Positions 49,948 to 62,786 of a DNA stretch of 64,000 nucleotides are shown here, piece after piece. The stretch comes from Camelus ferus (lineage: Eukaryota): positions 27,902,001-27,966,000 of the forward strand of contig NC_045697.1 of NCBI RefSeq assembly GCF_009834535.1, given 5' to 3'. Under the pieces are notes generated by a model. The model saw only the letters and a list, made by a program, of their open reading frames with translations, did not search any database and was not told where the DNA came from. Made by a program: the position numbers and the translations under genes. Positions within the stretch are counted from its first letter, which is position 1; the number at the start of each line of letters is the position of its first letter.

Positions 49948-51971
49948 AGAAACTTTGGTGACAATCAGGTTGCACTAGTAAGGTTGAAGTTTTTCACGTG
50001 TTTGCTTTGTAACTGGACTCTGTTTTGAGCTGTCCATCTCTTCACCAATAAATCAATCGGGATCTTAGTGCTTTTCTATTTTATCTTATCCTTTATATAA
50101 AAAAGGAAGAGAATTTTTATCTGAGATATTTGCTACCAGTTTTACTTCCCAATTTAGTATTTCCCCGTTTGCCATTTTTAGTTGGTTTTGGTTTTTTCTT
50201 CATTTGCTTGTTTGTTTTAAGATACAGCTGTTTCCCGGGAAGGGGGGGTGGGGGTGGTTTGTAGTCAAATTCCATCCCTTTTCTAATTTTTTTGAATCTT
50301 AGAAAGCCCAGGACAGTCTAGACTGAACATGATCAGCAGCTTAGCTCCAGTTCCACATTCGGTGGCATAAGGGAATGAAGATAATAGCAATCACAATAAT
50401 AATAATGTCATCATTAGAGCTAATGTTTATCAACCTTTTGCAGACCCACTTTCCTCTGACTTCTTAACCATATAAGAAAGGTTATCATGCCCATTTTACA
50501 GATGAGAAAAAGGAGGCTAGAAAAAGTTAAGCACACAGTTACAGAGAAATTGAGCCAGGATTTAATTCCAGAATGCTTGTGTGCAGAACCCAGTTCCATA
50601 ACCTTTATTCTCTGCTACTTTCAGCTCTAATGGAGACCTAGTTTTATTCCCCTAAACCCCATTTTCTTTTTTCTTGGTCGTAAAAATTTTAAGTACAGAA
50701 AAATGTAAAAGCAAAAGCAAGCATCAACCACAGGCAAGTAGTGATAATATTTTTGTATATTTTCATCTAGATTGTATTCTCTGCATATTTTTAACATATT
50801 GAAACCATCCTGTGCATACAATTTTGCATTTCAAAATTTCTATGGTTTTCATTTCTGCTGTAATGTAAGCATTCTCTTATGTTAATAAAAAAGACTTCCC
50901 ATACATTGTTATTTTTAAATTGTGGTAAAAAACACATAACACAAAATTTACCATCTTAACCCTATACACTATTTTTAATAATTGTAAAATATGTCACGAA
51001 ATGAGCCCAGCATGTTTCTTCCATTGTTGGAAATTTGGAGAGCTTCAAAATTTTCACTGTTAACAATAACCTTGCAGTTAACATACTTGTAAAGAAATAT
51101 TTGTCCACATTTCAACTTATTACCTTAGGATATATTTCTAGAAGTGGAATTACAGGTCACAGATCATGGCTATTTATATATTGCCAACTCCTTGGTCCTT
51201 CTATTACCACTATATAAAATGCCCCCTCCCCTGCAGCCTTGTTAGTAATAACAAGCTGATAAAAATGGAACTGTTTTCATCTTAATTTGGTCGAGAACCC
51301 TGGGTGAAGTGTGAGACTAGATAACTGAGTTTGTAACCCTTTGCTTACTTCTAGCCAAGAAAAGGGATTGGAGAGTCTGAGAGGTGTTAAGATTAGAAGA
51401 GGGTTTGGAGAGCTTTTGGTGTAATATGAATTCCCTTTTATCTCAATCCTAGGAAAAGGGGCTTCAACAGAACCACTTGGAAAGTTGGTCATGTAAACTC
51501 TGCCCTTTGGGGGACATATTGCAACCAGTCTTTAATTCATACCTTGAAATCTAAAGGTCTTGGCTAGCTACTCTAAGGGTACCTTTTACTAATAATGAAA
51601 TTTAGGCTTAGAAATTTTAATTGTTCAAGATCATGCACATATAAGTAATGGAGCTATAATTGAAACCCAGTTGTTCCAAATCAGAGCTTGCTAATTTATC
51701 CAATCTGCGATGTGCCTTCTCATTTCTTATTTTCATTACTATGTATTTGTCCACACTTTGAACTGAATTCCTCATCTCCCAACTTGGAATTCTTTGGCAG
51801 GAGATTCCACAAGCACAATCTCAACCTCCTAGCTGCCTCTTTAAAACCACTTAGGAGATCAGATATTTATACACAGATTGATGTAACTTCTCAGAATCTT
51901 GAGTTTGTTAGATAAACTTTAACTGACTTTATGGCTGCCTTTAAGGATTTTTTTTTTTTAGACTTGCAAGA

Positions 51972-52385
51972 TGTGATGGGTTGAATCGTGTCCCCTAAAA
52001 TCCATTTGTTGAGGTCCTAAACCCCAGTACCCCACAATGTGACCTTATTTGGAAATAAGGATAGTGTAGATGTTATTAGTTAAGGTGAGGCCATTAGGGT
52101 GGGCCCTAATCCAATATGATTGGTATCCTTATAAAAGAGGGGAGATTGGGGCATAAATAGGCATAGAGGGAAGACCATGTGAAGAAACAGAGAGAGACAG
52201 TCATCTAAAACCAAAGGGTAGAGGCTGGGAGCAAATCCTTCCCTCCCACCCCTCAAGAGGACCCAACCCTCCTGACATCTTGATATTGGACTTCCAGCCT
52301 CCAGAACTATGAGTCGATAAATTTCTGTTGTTTAGGCCACTCAGAGTGTAGTACTCTGTTACATCAGACCCAGCAAACTAGTGCT
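51972..52385 (+). mobile_element. MaLR MLT1 (MLT1B-like) solo LTR
   Basis: tgtgatgggttgaatcgtgtcccc...tgtgaccttatttggaaataagg...ggacttccagcctccagaact...agcaaacta. Confidence 0.85.
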
Positions 52386-53114
52386 AAGCAATTGAAACTT
52401 GGAATTGAAATGCAACTAGGATTGCAATTGAAATACACCTAGTGCTGAGCAACTGAAACTTGGTTATGAAATCTTCAAGTTCAGTAACAGGAAGGGCAGT
52501 CATCCTAGAGAAAACAGGAAGATCCAGGTCTAGCAACGGTTGCAACTTCCATTACAGAACAAGCGCTTTTCTCCATTTTTAGTATATATTTCATGGTTTC
52601 AATTTGTTTTCCACTATTAATTCTCACAGAAGTATAAATGATGACTTTCTTGTATTCCTAAATGTCAAGTCCATAGCTTGTCTTTCCAGACCCTTGACAC
52701 TATGATCTTAATCTAACTCTCCATGCTTATGTCTCACTGTTACTTTTCATAAATTTCATGGTCCAGTCAAATTGGGACAGTAGTCCCAGAATAGGCCTGG
52801 GTATTCCTGTCTTTGCTCCCCCATCTGTCTATTTAGAATGGTCTTTCCATTCTTCATCATTATGCATCAAAAAAATCCAAAGTTAAAGTCTCCTTCAAAG
52901 CCCAATGGAAAAATGACCACTTCTAAAAAGATTTTTTTTTTCACTCAATCTAAATGGCCTTTGAACTTCCATTTATATTTTTGTTCCATTGATTTTTATT
53001 TTTGTTATCTGGATTCATAGGGCTTTTTTTAGGGCAAGAAATAACTAGTATATTAAGTCTTACTTGAGTTTATCCTCCCAAAAGTGAAGACTCACACAAG
53101 AGCTTTATGTGCAG

Positions 53115-54290
53115 GTCATTTGGTTTGAAGAAGTGGTCTCAGGACTCAAGAGTGAGGGGACTGAGAAGAATGAAACAAGGATGAAGGCAAAGCCAATCCA
53201 AGAGTAAGTTATTGAACTGGTTACTCCTGTGGCCAAGGAAGGTTCAATCCCACTGGGGACTCTCTGAGGAATGTGCAGACTATGCCTCATTTTCTTACCC
53301 AAAAATAAAAGAGAGAGGAATATTTATCTAATGGCTCCCGTCCGTTTGGTGGCCAAAGATCTCTTTGGACAAGATCTCTGGAACTTCCAGGTGTGTGCAT
53401 GTACCAGAATAACTGAACAGGATTCCACAAACATCCTGGACAGTGGTATTAGTGAAGTCATGGAGCATAAAGTGAGAGATAGATGGTGCAGCTACGATGA
53501 GGTGCTGCCAGGCTACACCTGCCTAGAGATGGCTGTCAGAGTAAAAGTGTCTAGACAGAATGATTGATGAGTATGAAAAATAGCTGTTATAATAAAGCTG
53601 GAAAGAAATCTGACATAGCCCACTCCTTGCACTGCTCCAATCTGCTCATGCCCTATTTTAATAGTTTCCCAAAAGACAGGAATACTATGTATAGAAGCAG
53701 TACACATCGGCTATATTCCTCCTTTTGCTCAAAAGAGCAAAGGCTCCCATGCATTCTAGTTCAAACAACTAGAATCTCAGCAAGATCTCCAGCCACAGAA
53801 AACCAGACTCAGAATTTCCATTTGACCTGAGATGTAACACACTCTGGGATTAAGTTCCAATGCAGACCCTGAGACGAGTATTCAACTGCAAGCAGTTTAT
53901 TTCAGAGGTGATCCCAGGAAACACCCTTGGAAGAATGAGGATATGAAATAAAAATAGAAAGGAGGCCAATAAAGTCATTTCTACCATAGAAAATCAGGAT
54001 TGCATCCTACTGGGAGATTCAGCGGGAATGTAAAGTACACCCCAGATTTGTCCCCCCAAAATGAGTGAGAAAGTTGAGGTATTTATCTGCCAATTCTCTT
54101 TCTGATATTGGTGGAAGGCTGCTTCCAAGGATACCCTCCAGCACTTCTGAATTTCCCTTTGTGTGGGTAAAGTGGGTTCTCATGGCCAAGAAGAAAATCC
54201 TTCACGGAGAGACTCTCCAGCATTAGCAATAAGCAGCCCTCAACATGCAGAGGCGAATGTTGAGTGGAAATGAGGAAGACACCAACAGCT
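53115..54290 (-). mobile_element. Two related old ERVL-class LTR remnants (~53115-53560 and ~53845-54290)
   Basis: Shared layout 'gaagtggtctcagga.../gaggtgatcccagga...agccaat...caatcccactgggga/catcctactgggaga...tatttatct'; family uncertain. Confidence 0.45.
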
Positions 54291-54676
54291 ATAGAAATCT
54301 GCTATGGAAACCTAGCTACAGGTATAAAAGGCATGGGGTTTTCTAACATTGACCCTGGCACACAGAAACATATCAACTGAAGTTGTTTGAACAGGTGCTT
54401 CTCTCGATTACATGATAAATTCAGTGAATTCAGTCCTAGCAAAGAAACAGATGAATCCCTCATGTTAGAAATCAACCATTTACATAGAAATTATATCACT
54501 TCATTTACTTTTCTTACCATGTATAAATGGGGAACTGAGGCCTGAGAGGATGTACACATTTTTGTCTACATCTTAAATTTAAAGTCATGTTTAGATTCGT
54601 GTTAATGCAAAATAAAGTCATTGTTGGAACTTGCAAAAGCAGCAACATTTTTTCTAAAAGCAGCAGAGGAATATTT

Positions 54677-57067
54677 TTAGATCTGTGTGTAACTTAATTC
54701 TTTTGATTTCTCCATCAATTTAATATTAATAGATGCTCTTAGATTAGCCCAAAAAAGTCCACGTTTGCTATTCTCCTTGGGCCATTCCAAATAAGTTCTC
54801 TGTGCCATGAGAGCTTTGAGCTTGTGATAGCTGTTAGGAATGGAATACTGTGGAATGGGATCCAGCAAGATCAGGATTAAGTTATTGGATCCTTCATGGA
54901 AGAGGTTGTGGTGGGCGAAGTAGAGTTCATAATGGCACCACTCGCTCTGAACAAAGTTGGGAGACAAGACAAAGATGGACTTGTAACTTTTCTCAATACA
55001 GTTTATGATATTTTCCATGATGCTCTTGCCGGGAACAAAATCCCTCTCATGAAGACAAATCTTTATATCTTCTTTTTCTAGGTTTGGTAGTAATTCACTC
55101 TTTACCCATGAAGAATCGTGCCCACTGTATGAAATAAAAGCATGGAACTGGAGAGTTCTTTGGAGTTCTGCTAAGGGTACATTCCTAGCCCTGTGCCGGG
55201 TCTGGGTCCACTGACACAGCATCCTGAGATACCAGGGAAGATCCAAGTAGATACAGAGGACGGTCACGGTAACAGCCACCAGCAGCCCAGTGACCCCAAT
55301 GGTGACAATCAGCAGAGCTGTGTTGCAGGATAATTGAGATACGTGGAAGTCCTTTAGTGGGGTTCCCTTATAGCTTTCTGGATAGTCACACTTATAAGAA
55401 TCAGGCCAGTCCTCTACCACTTCACTTGGTACTTGGCCTATACCCTGGATAAAGTCTCTTAGCTCACATGTACATTGGAATGGATTGTTCCCTGCTTTTA
55501 GGGACCTAATCTTCTGGCAGCTCTGGAAGAAATCAGCTGATGGGTTGGAAATTGAATTATAGTCAATGATCAGTACAGAAAGGCTGCTAAAGGTACCACA
55601 TCCAGGAAGGTGGACTAAAAAATTGAAAGCAACATTGAGCTCTTGCAAAGCTTCTAGACTGGTGACATCTTTAGGGATGCTCCTTATTCTGTTATTGTGA
55701 AGATCAAGAACCTTGACCCTGGGAGGTAAACATCTGAAAACAGAGTCAGAAAGTATATTTGAAGACATATTTAAACTTAATAAACTTCTAGTCCAAGAGC
55801 AATTTCCTTCATTTTCATCATACCTTAGAGAATTCTGGCTAACATCCAATTGTTGTAGAGATGTCATTGTCTTGGTCATATGAACTATAATTGCAAGTTC
55901 TTTTAACTGATTCATTTGTAAACTGAATGTCTCCAAATTAATCAGATTTCCACAATTTTTAAAAACCATGTCTGTTAAGACATTATTGGAAAAATCCAAA
56001 TACAGAAATGGGCTAATTTGGGATGGGCAAACCATGTGGACCATGTGTGTAGCAGACACTGCGAGATGTTGGATGTTCATATTTGAGAAGATTTCATAGA
56101 TATAACTTTGTGGAAACCCAAACACATCAGTGACGACTTGGTGTATAGACAAGACCTTCAGTGAAGTGTCAGAATAATCAAAATCTCTGAAGCCAAGGTG
56201 ACCTTGTAGTTTCACATTTGAAATTGAGAAATACTCAATGCTCGTATGCCAAACCAACTGGAGGATCATGATGAAAAAATTCCAAGTTGTTTCAATGTTG
56301 TTTAAAGTAAGATTTGATAACCTTGAATTCTTTTGGAGTTTTGACAGAACATTGTGGAAATAAGGACATCCATCATCACCCAGAACACATTTGATGTTAG
56401 ACAGTTCCAGACTTACTGCAGTGCTGAGTGACACGTCCAAAGTAAAATGGAATTCCTTTCCTGTGGGGAAAACAATGTGCAGACTCTGTATGTTCAGGTC
56501 TTGAAGGCTCTCAGGGTCTTCTTTTCCCCCGTAAGTGTCTCCTAAGACCAGTAAAACCTTATTGATATGCATATGAGCAATTGGCAGCAGACTACGTTTT
56601 TGAAACTGTGTGGCACTCAACCCCAGAAACTGTAGTTGAGACATGTTGCCAAACTCTTGGCAAATGGGCAGGGCATCAAATGCATTAAATGAGAGGTCTA
56701 AGTGCTTGAGGTTCAGAATAGGGTGGCAAGAAATCTGCTCCAGCTTGTTGTGGGACAAATCCAAGTATTCTAATTCCTGGTTGAATTTGAAAACACTGAT
56801 ATCAAGATACTGGATTCTATTATGAGAAAGTATCAAAATTTTCAGTTTTGATAGTGATAGGATGTCAGGTGCCTGAAGCTCAGAAATAGAGTTTTGTGAT
56901 ATATCTAAGACTGTTGTTTTCAGGGGTATGTCTTTGGGAACACAGATGAGACCTGTTTTTGATCTATCAACTAAAAATTCACTTTCATCAGATAATTGGA
57001 TTCTGATCTCAAGTGTTAATATGAAGATGGTGGCAAAATGGAAGATGCCAGACTTCATTTTAGTCAT
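54677..57067 (-). CDS. TLR1: Toll-like receptor 1
   Basis: Intact 796-aa ORF with a TLR1-type N-terminus ([30 protein letters not shown]), [10 protein letters not shown] loop, HMVHM/NNVLTD (Met/Leu where TLR6 has two Phe), TM and TIR (HERDFVPGK); adjacent to TLR10. Confidence 0.95.
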   Translation of the reverse strand: MTKMKSGIFHFATIFILTLEIRIQLSDESEFLVDRSKTGLICVPKDIPLKTTVLDISQNSISELQAPDILSLSKLKILILSHNRIQYLDISVFKFNQELEYLDLSHNKLEQISCHPILNLKHLDLSFNAFDALPICQEFGNMSQLQFLGLSATQFQKRSLLPIAHMHINKVLLVLGDTYGGKEDPESLQDLNIQSLHIVFPTGKEFHFTLDVSLSTAVSLELSNIKCVLGDDGCPYFHNVLSKLQKNSRLSNLTLNNIETTWNFFIMILQLVWHTSIEYFSISNVKLQGHLGFRDFDYSDTSLKVLSIHQVVTDVFGFPQSYIYEIFSNMNIQHLAVSATHMVHMVCPSQISPFLYLDFSNNVLTDMVFKNCGNLINLETFSLQMNQLKELAIIVHMTKTMTSLQQLDVSQNSLRYDENEGNCSWTRSLLSLNMSSNILSDSVFRCLPPRVKVLDLHNNRIRSIPKDVTSLEALQELNVAFNFLVHLPGCGTFSSLSVLIIDYNSISNPSADFFQSCQKIRSLKAGNNPFQCTCELRDFIQGIGQVPSEVVEDWPDSYKCDYPESYKGTPLKDFHVSQLSCNTALLIVTIGVTGLLVAVTVTVLCIYLDLPWYLRMLCQWTQTRHRARNVPLAELQRTLQFHAFISYSGHDSSWVKSELLPNLEKEDIKICLHERDFVPGKSIMENIINCIEKSYKSIFVLSPNFVQSEWCHYELYFAHHNLFHEGSNNLILILLDPIPQYSIPNSYHKLKALMAQRTYLEWPKENSKRGLFWANLRASINIKLMEKSKELSYTQI

Positions 57068-57134
57068 TTTGTAACAAGAGACATTCCCAAGGGTAGTTGC
57101 TATTCTTCAGAGTATCTTGATACAGATACAGATC
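57068..57134 (-). other. TLR1: TLR1 5' UTR part of the coding exon; acceptor AG at 57135-57136
   Basis: Minus strand 'gatttttttcccctag|gatctgtatctgtatcaagat...gttacaaaATG'. Confidence 0.8.
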
Positions 57135-57502
57135 CTAGGGGAAAAAAATCCACATTAAGTGATTGTATTAAATTAGGGGTGGCTGACATTAAACATTTTT
57201 TTACTAGAGACTCATAAAATGAAGGCTACACTCATTGGAGTCCCACACCCTGAAATCAGGGAAATATATACACTGATAAATAATTATACTACATCTAATC
57301 AAATAACTTTTAATATGGATGTGCAATGGACGCCCCCCACCCCCCCAAAAGATATATCCACCTCCTAACCATGTCCTAATCTCCTAATTGAATATTGGGT
57401 ATTGGTAGAGATAATTAAGTTAAGAATCTTGAAATGAGAAGATTCTGGATTATCTAGGTGGTCTCTAAGTCCAATGACAAGTATTATAAGAGAAAGGCAG
57501 AG

Positions 57503-58087
57503 GGAGCATTATTTACAATTGCCAAGATATGGAAGGAACCTAAGTGTCCATCAATAAGTGAATGATAAAGATGTGGTATATATATACAATGGAATATTAC
57601 TCAGCCATAGAAAAGTGAAATCTTGCCTTACAGCAGCATGGATAAATCTAGAAGGTAGTGAAATAAGTCAGACAGAGAAAGACAAAAACCACATGATCTC
57701 ACCTATATGTGGAATCTAAATAACAAAACAAACAAAATAAAATGAAAGCAGACTCACAGATACAGAGAACAAATGGGTGGTTGCTGAGGGGAGGGGAATG
57801 GAGGAAGGGCAAAATAGGTGAAGGGGATTATGTGGTACCAACCACCAGTTAGATACTAAATGTTACAGGGATGTAATATAGAGCATAAGGAGTATGGTCA
57901 GTAATACTGCAATAACTTTGTATGGGGACAGATGGTTACTGGACATGTTGTGGTGATCATTTCACAATGTATGTAGATGTCAAATTATTATGTAGTACCC
58001 TGGAACTAATGTAATATTGTACGTCAACTACATTTTAATCAAAAATAATAATTAAAAATTTTAAGAATTAAAAATTCATTTTAAAAA
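57503..58087 (+). mobile_element. 5'-truncated L1 (3' end)
   Basis: 'gcattatttacaattgccaagatatggaag.aacctaagtgtccatcaa...ggaatattactcagccat...' ending in an A-rich tail. Confidence 0.85.
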
Positions 58088-58224
58088 GGGGGGAGGCTGT
58101 AGCTCAAGCGGTAGAGCACATGCTTAGCATGCCCGAGGTCTTAGGTTTAATCTCCTGTACCTCCATTACAAAAATAATTAAATAAATAAACCTAATGACC
58201 ACCCCCCACCAAAAATAAATAAAA
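58088..58224 (+). mobile_element. tRNA-derived SINE (camelid Vic-1-like)
   Basis: ggggggagg.tgtagctcaagcggtagagcacatgcttagcatgc.cgaggtc.taggtt.aatc...aaataaataaacctaatgaccaccccccaccaaaa. Confidence 0.8.
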
Positions 58225-58759
58225 AAGAGAAAGGCAGAGAGATATTTGATAGAGACAACACTGACAAAGAGAAGAAGGCCATATGAAGACAGAGGCAGAG
58301 ATTGGAACCACACACTGACAAGGCAAGGAATGCCAAGAGCCAGACAGCCAGCAGATGCCAGAGAGGCTCCGGAGTATGGCTCTGCTGACACCCTCATTTT
58401 GGACTTCTGGTCTCCAGGACCATGAAAGAACAAATTTCTGTTGTTTTAAGCCACCAAGTTCTGATAATTTGTTACAATAGCCACAGGAAACTAATACAGA
58501 TGGTTTTACATATTCACAGGAAAGTCCTCTGACCCCAGCACTCTCAAGATCATTTATTACTAGGATCACAGCTGGTGTACCCTCCACCTTGGAAATGTAC
58601 CTCCCCATGGCTGTCTTGAGAGTTCCCTTCCCATGCAGGTGAATTAGGATTCTTTTCGCATTACCTTTTGTTACCTACACACAATTTGCTACCTAACTTT
58701 GATCTTATTAAAAGGGTAATTAGATCATGATAAAAGATCTCTCACAAAATCCATTCATC

Positions 58760-59330
58760 TGTTGATTTATTTATTCAACCAGTGTTTGTTGATAACCTTC
58801 TGACCATGTTTTAGGAACTAGAGATAAAGCAGTGAAGTGGGTAGAGTTGTAATTCTTAAGAGCTTATTATCTAGTGGGGAGACAGAAAATAGGCAAATAA
58901 ATGACTGAACGTAATTTCGTAGAGTGATAAGTGTTATATAGAAAATTAAAGCAGGGTAAATCGATCAAGAATAACAGTAGGTATATAACAGCGGTTGGTG
59001 GTAGCTTTTCTAGATTGATTAGTCAGAGAGGGCCTTTCTGAGAAGATGGTATTGGAGTAGAAACTAGAAGGAAGCGAATGAATAATCTATGGGAAGATCT
59101 GGGGGAAAAGCATTTCTGACAAATGAAAAGGCTGGCGCAAAGGTCTTGGGATGGGGCTGAGCTGGGTTTGTCTGAGACACAGTAAGGAGGTCAGCGCTAG
59201 CATGGACTGAGCGAGCGTGAGGAGAGTTAGGGCCAAGATCACAGGGTGTAGAGGATTGCTAAGAGTTGGGTTTCTATTCTAAGAGTGATGAGGGGGCAGT
59301 GAGCCCTGAAAGGTTTTGAGATGGGAGCAG
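58760..59330 (-). mobile_element. L2 LINE fragment
   Basis: 'atttattcaacc...ttttaggaactagagataaagcagtgaa...tctagtgggggagacaga...ggcctttctgagaagatg...gggggaaaagcatt'. Confidence 0.7.
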
Positions 59331-59809
59331 CTTCCTCCTCTCTCTTATTCAGAAAACCTTTTATCTTTCATTCATCAAGTATATATGTATTCCCTATAAA
59401 ACGCTAGGCATCATTCCAGGCTGTGCTTGTTGCACCAGTTGTCAACCCACCACAGTTCAGATTCTACCCTGTTATCACCATTCCAATGGCACATGAGACC
59501 AGAGGGAGTTCTGCTGGTATGAACCCCAGAAAGTGATACATCCCGCCTCACCACCACAGACCCTCTCGGCAGGGACTACATGGCTACACAGATCTTTCAA
59601 GGAACTAATTCAAAATCCCCTAGAACTGCATTAGACAAGCAAGCCATTAATATCAGTGAAGAGTCAAATTCCTCTTCACATGTCCCCTCACATCTCTCTC
59701 TCAACAAGCACAGAAGAACCTACATAATTCATCTCAGAAACAACCCTGGGTTGCAAAATTTCCTCAATATGCAAATTTATCTGGTTTCGGGGACATTGCT
59801 TGGACTTAC

Positions 59810-59905
59810 CCTTTCACAGAGGTGCCCGATGATGCCTTGGTGGTCCTGACTTCTTCAAACATAGAAGAGGTTTGGGATGCCCCTCCATCACCACTCATGA
59901 AGACT
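59810..59905 (-). other. TLR1: TLR1 non-coding exon (96 nt)
   Basis: Minus strand 'gtccccttctctgcacag|agtcttcatga...gtgaaagg|gtaagt' has consensus splice sites and resembles the human TLR1 5' UTR as recalled. Confidence 0.75.
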
Positions 59906-61322
59906 CTGTGCAGAGAAGGGGACACAGACATTACAATGAATGTTAAAAGTAAGGGTGGCATTTTTATCTCATTGATTGCATTTAGACAAAAGACCCAGAA
60001 ATGTCCCAAGTCTTCCTCTCCAGATTCCTGAAAGAGCTACTCATACGAGGAGAAATGCTTCAATGAGAATCCAAATTCAAATCCAGATAACATGCCTGAG
60101 CCAGTGCCTAACATCTCAAAACAGAACTATGCCGTAAAACGTAAATTGAAGTAAAAGCAGTTTGGGCTTGGTTCCAGTGGGGTTCCCTACTTATTCCTAA
60201 GCCAGAATCAAAATCTGGGGATCTTTCTACCTTCCACCCAACTCCAGAGTTCAAGGAAGCCGTGGTCAGCATCGTCAGGCATGGGACACAGACAGTGTCC
60301 AGAGAGACAAGGGGCAGAGATAGGACTCCATGCATGAACATGAGTGCTTAACACACAGTGAACCCACCACAAGCAAGATGAACGTTGTTCCTGTTTCCTT
60401 ACCAAAAGCAACCAGCACAACAGATTTACATTTATAAAACTGCCTGTCTTCAAGCATTTAATGAAAGCATGGCTTCCGTTTTCTATCTAGCTGAAATCAT
60501 TGACTCAAATATCTCCTATTTGCCCAACCTCCATCTTGCCCTTTCATTTAGAGTCCTTATTGGGAGCACTCAGTTTATGAAACTATCATTATTTCTGTAA
60601 TTAAGAAGTCAAAGTGTCATACACACAAGGAACTGATTTTTAGATACTTACAGGAGCTATAAATTGTATATACCAAACTTGCTAGATCAGTGAAAAATCA
60701 GTATTTTCTGTGAAAGTCCTATGATCAGCACTGAATCTCAACTATAGTAGAGCCTCAAAACTGTTTTACTACCAAGTAGAATTATTAATTTGCAAACATG
60801 GTCAGTAAAAGGATGCTTTAATTTGAAAGTATAAAAGTATTTCTGGTGGGCTTGTGTAAATTTTTATGATTATGATAGGTTTAGCCTCACCTTGTATGAT
60901 TCAATGCACCAATACAGGTGAATTGCCTCTGTTTGGAGACTTCAGGAGCATTAGATCAGGACTTTGACTTGTCTTAATGGCCAATACTCATGCAATCAAT
61001 CTGGCCATTAAGTTCAGTCCTGCAAATATTTATTGAGAGTCTTCTTTGCACCAACTAGCTATTAACCACAGGCTGAAAGGATCAGAACCAACTCAGGAGC
61101 TTTTCTGCTTTGTTTCCTCTGTGGTTTTGTGAACATTTGCTTTCTGTTGTAAAGTTGCACTCACTTTCAACTCTTTGAATCAAATTGGGTGTAGCCTGGG
61201 AAACATTTTCAAAGCCTACCATGCCACCTGACTGGTAGAGCAACCCAGAGCATTTTCAGTGGTTTGAGAAAACAGAAAAGAATAGCTCATGGGAACAGCC
61301 CAGAGAAAAAACTCAAATGAAC

Positions 61323-61416
61323 CTGCCCCTAAAAACAAAGGTGGTGTTCAGCAGCACTGACTCCAGGAGTAATTTACCTACATCCCATTGTCCTTGGCAT
61401 CCTCATGGCCAAGAGA
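61323..61416 (-). other. TLR1: Candidate TLR1 optional non-coding exon
   Basis: 'ctctcccttag|...ttactcctggagtcagtgctgctg...tgtttttaggggcag|gttcat'; weak donor; resembles a human TLR1 UTR exon as recalled. Confidence 0.4.
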
Positions 61417-61781
61417 CTAAGGGAGAGGACTGGATGAAGAGCAACGCCACCTGCGATCAACAACTAGCATCTCTGTAAGAAACCCTTGAGGAGACATTTA
61501 TGACCCAAAATTCATCTGCCAACCCAAATATGTCTCTCAAAAGCAAGTCACGCATGAGATGAGGTCCATTCAAGAGAAAAACACACATAAAAAAACCCTT
61601 TCTCTGACTTAGGACAAGGAGCTGATAAACAAATGCTAGTTCGAACCACAGTGAGTACACAACAGAAATAAGCCACTTAGAAAAACACCCAGAACTTAAT
61701 CATAGAAACTTGTGAGATTTTTGTGTCTAATAACTAGTAATACTATTATTTTCTTTTGTAGTTTAAAAAGATATCACTTAC

Positions 61782-61830
61782 CGAGATGACCTGTCCTTCT
61801 GTCATGCTGGCAGTCTGTAGGAAAATCAAG
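61782..61830 (-). other. TLR1: TLR1 first (non-coding) exon; 5' end approximate
   Basis: Minus strand 'acagactgccagcatgacagaaggacaggtcatctcg|gtaagt'; donor at 61776-61781. Confidence 0.7.
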
Positions 61831-61890
61831 TACTTCCTCAAACATTTATTTGGTAACCACATTTAATGTTGCAGAGGGGGGCGGGGAAGC
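61830..61890 (-). promoter_or_regulatory. TLR1: TLR1 TATA-less proximal promoter (PU.1/ETS site and GC box)
   Basis: GAGGAAGT on the minus strand (61832-61839) and GGGGGGCGGGG (61876-61886) directly upstream of exon 1. Confidence 0.6.
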
Positions 61891-62786
61891 TCTTTTGTGC
61901 CATCTACTGAATCCCACCGAAATTACACTATACAGTCAGTGTAAACCTGCTTTCTCCTATTCATCTGTAGAAAACCGTCTGGTTAATTGATAAACCTGCA
62001 TTAAAATAGGTCCACTTCTTTATGGCTCTCCATATTCCACTAGTCAGCTCACTATTGTCCACACTAACAAAGTGAAGGAGGTGCTATTAATAACCCACAG
62101 TTGATTTATTGGCTGAATTCAAAATGCTTATCTTGTAGCTCTGCTGGTGAAGGTGGGAGTACCGGTCTGAAGTATTTCAGGTGGTTTGCTTTCCTTGTCT
62201 TTTGATCAAGCCGCTATTAAAAATGACTGAGAGTGGAACGAGGGAGGGGGTCAAGATGTACTTTTTGCTAAAACTCATTCATAAAGAGAGAGCACTCATG
62301 TGCTAATATAAAATGCATGCTAATCACGTCTTTTCTGACAAATTGCTTTTCAGAGAAAATCCGGTGCTCAATTTTTTCTTCCATGGATATTTCAAACTTT
62401 CTTCAAAAAGTGATTTTTAAAAAATCTTCATGTGACAAACGTGCTGTCTAACAATCTCTTTCCTTGGATAAGGTCCAAGACACTTCCTGTGGGTTAGTTG
62501 TCAGCACACGCAAGAAATCCAACCGGATAGCTCCACTCTTGTCTTTTAAAATAACAATAACAGTAACAAAACAACAAGACAAATAAAACTAAGAAATGCT
62601 AGCTGTCTTTCCTCTGAGCTTGTGCTCAGCCTAATACTGCATGATGTCCTGTCACAAGCTGGACTCAATTCTTGCTGGAATCAGCTTTTCTACCACAGTG
62701 AGCAAGGCCAACTTCCCTAAACTAAAAGCCTTGAGATTATCTTTCACTTCAATATTCTGTCTTTCTCTGTTTCCTCCTATACCCTC

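Larger units (their letters stand above)
57320..58498 (+). mobile_element. MaLR MLT1 LTR split by an L1 + SINE insertion
   Basis: 5' half 'aaaagatatatcca...taattaagttaagaatcttgaaatgag...ggattatctaggtgg'; 3' half 'gaagacagaggcagagattgga...tttaagccaccaagt...ggaaactaataca'. Confidence 0.8.

Noticed and set aside
54677..57067. Calling the 796-aa ORF TLR6
   Set aside because: The N-terminus and lipid-channel residues (Met/Leu, not Phe/Phe) are TLR1-type, and it is adjacent to TLR10; TLR6 should lie beyond the window
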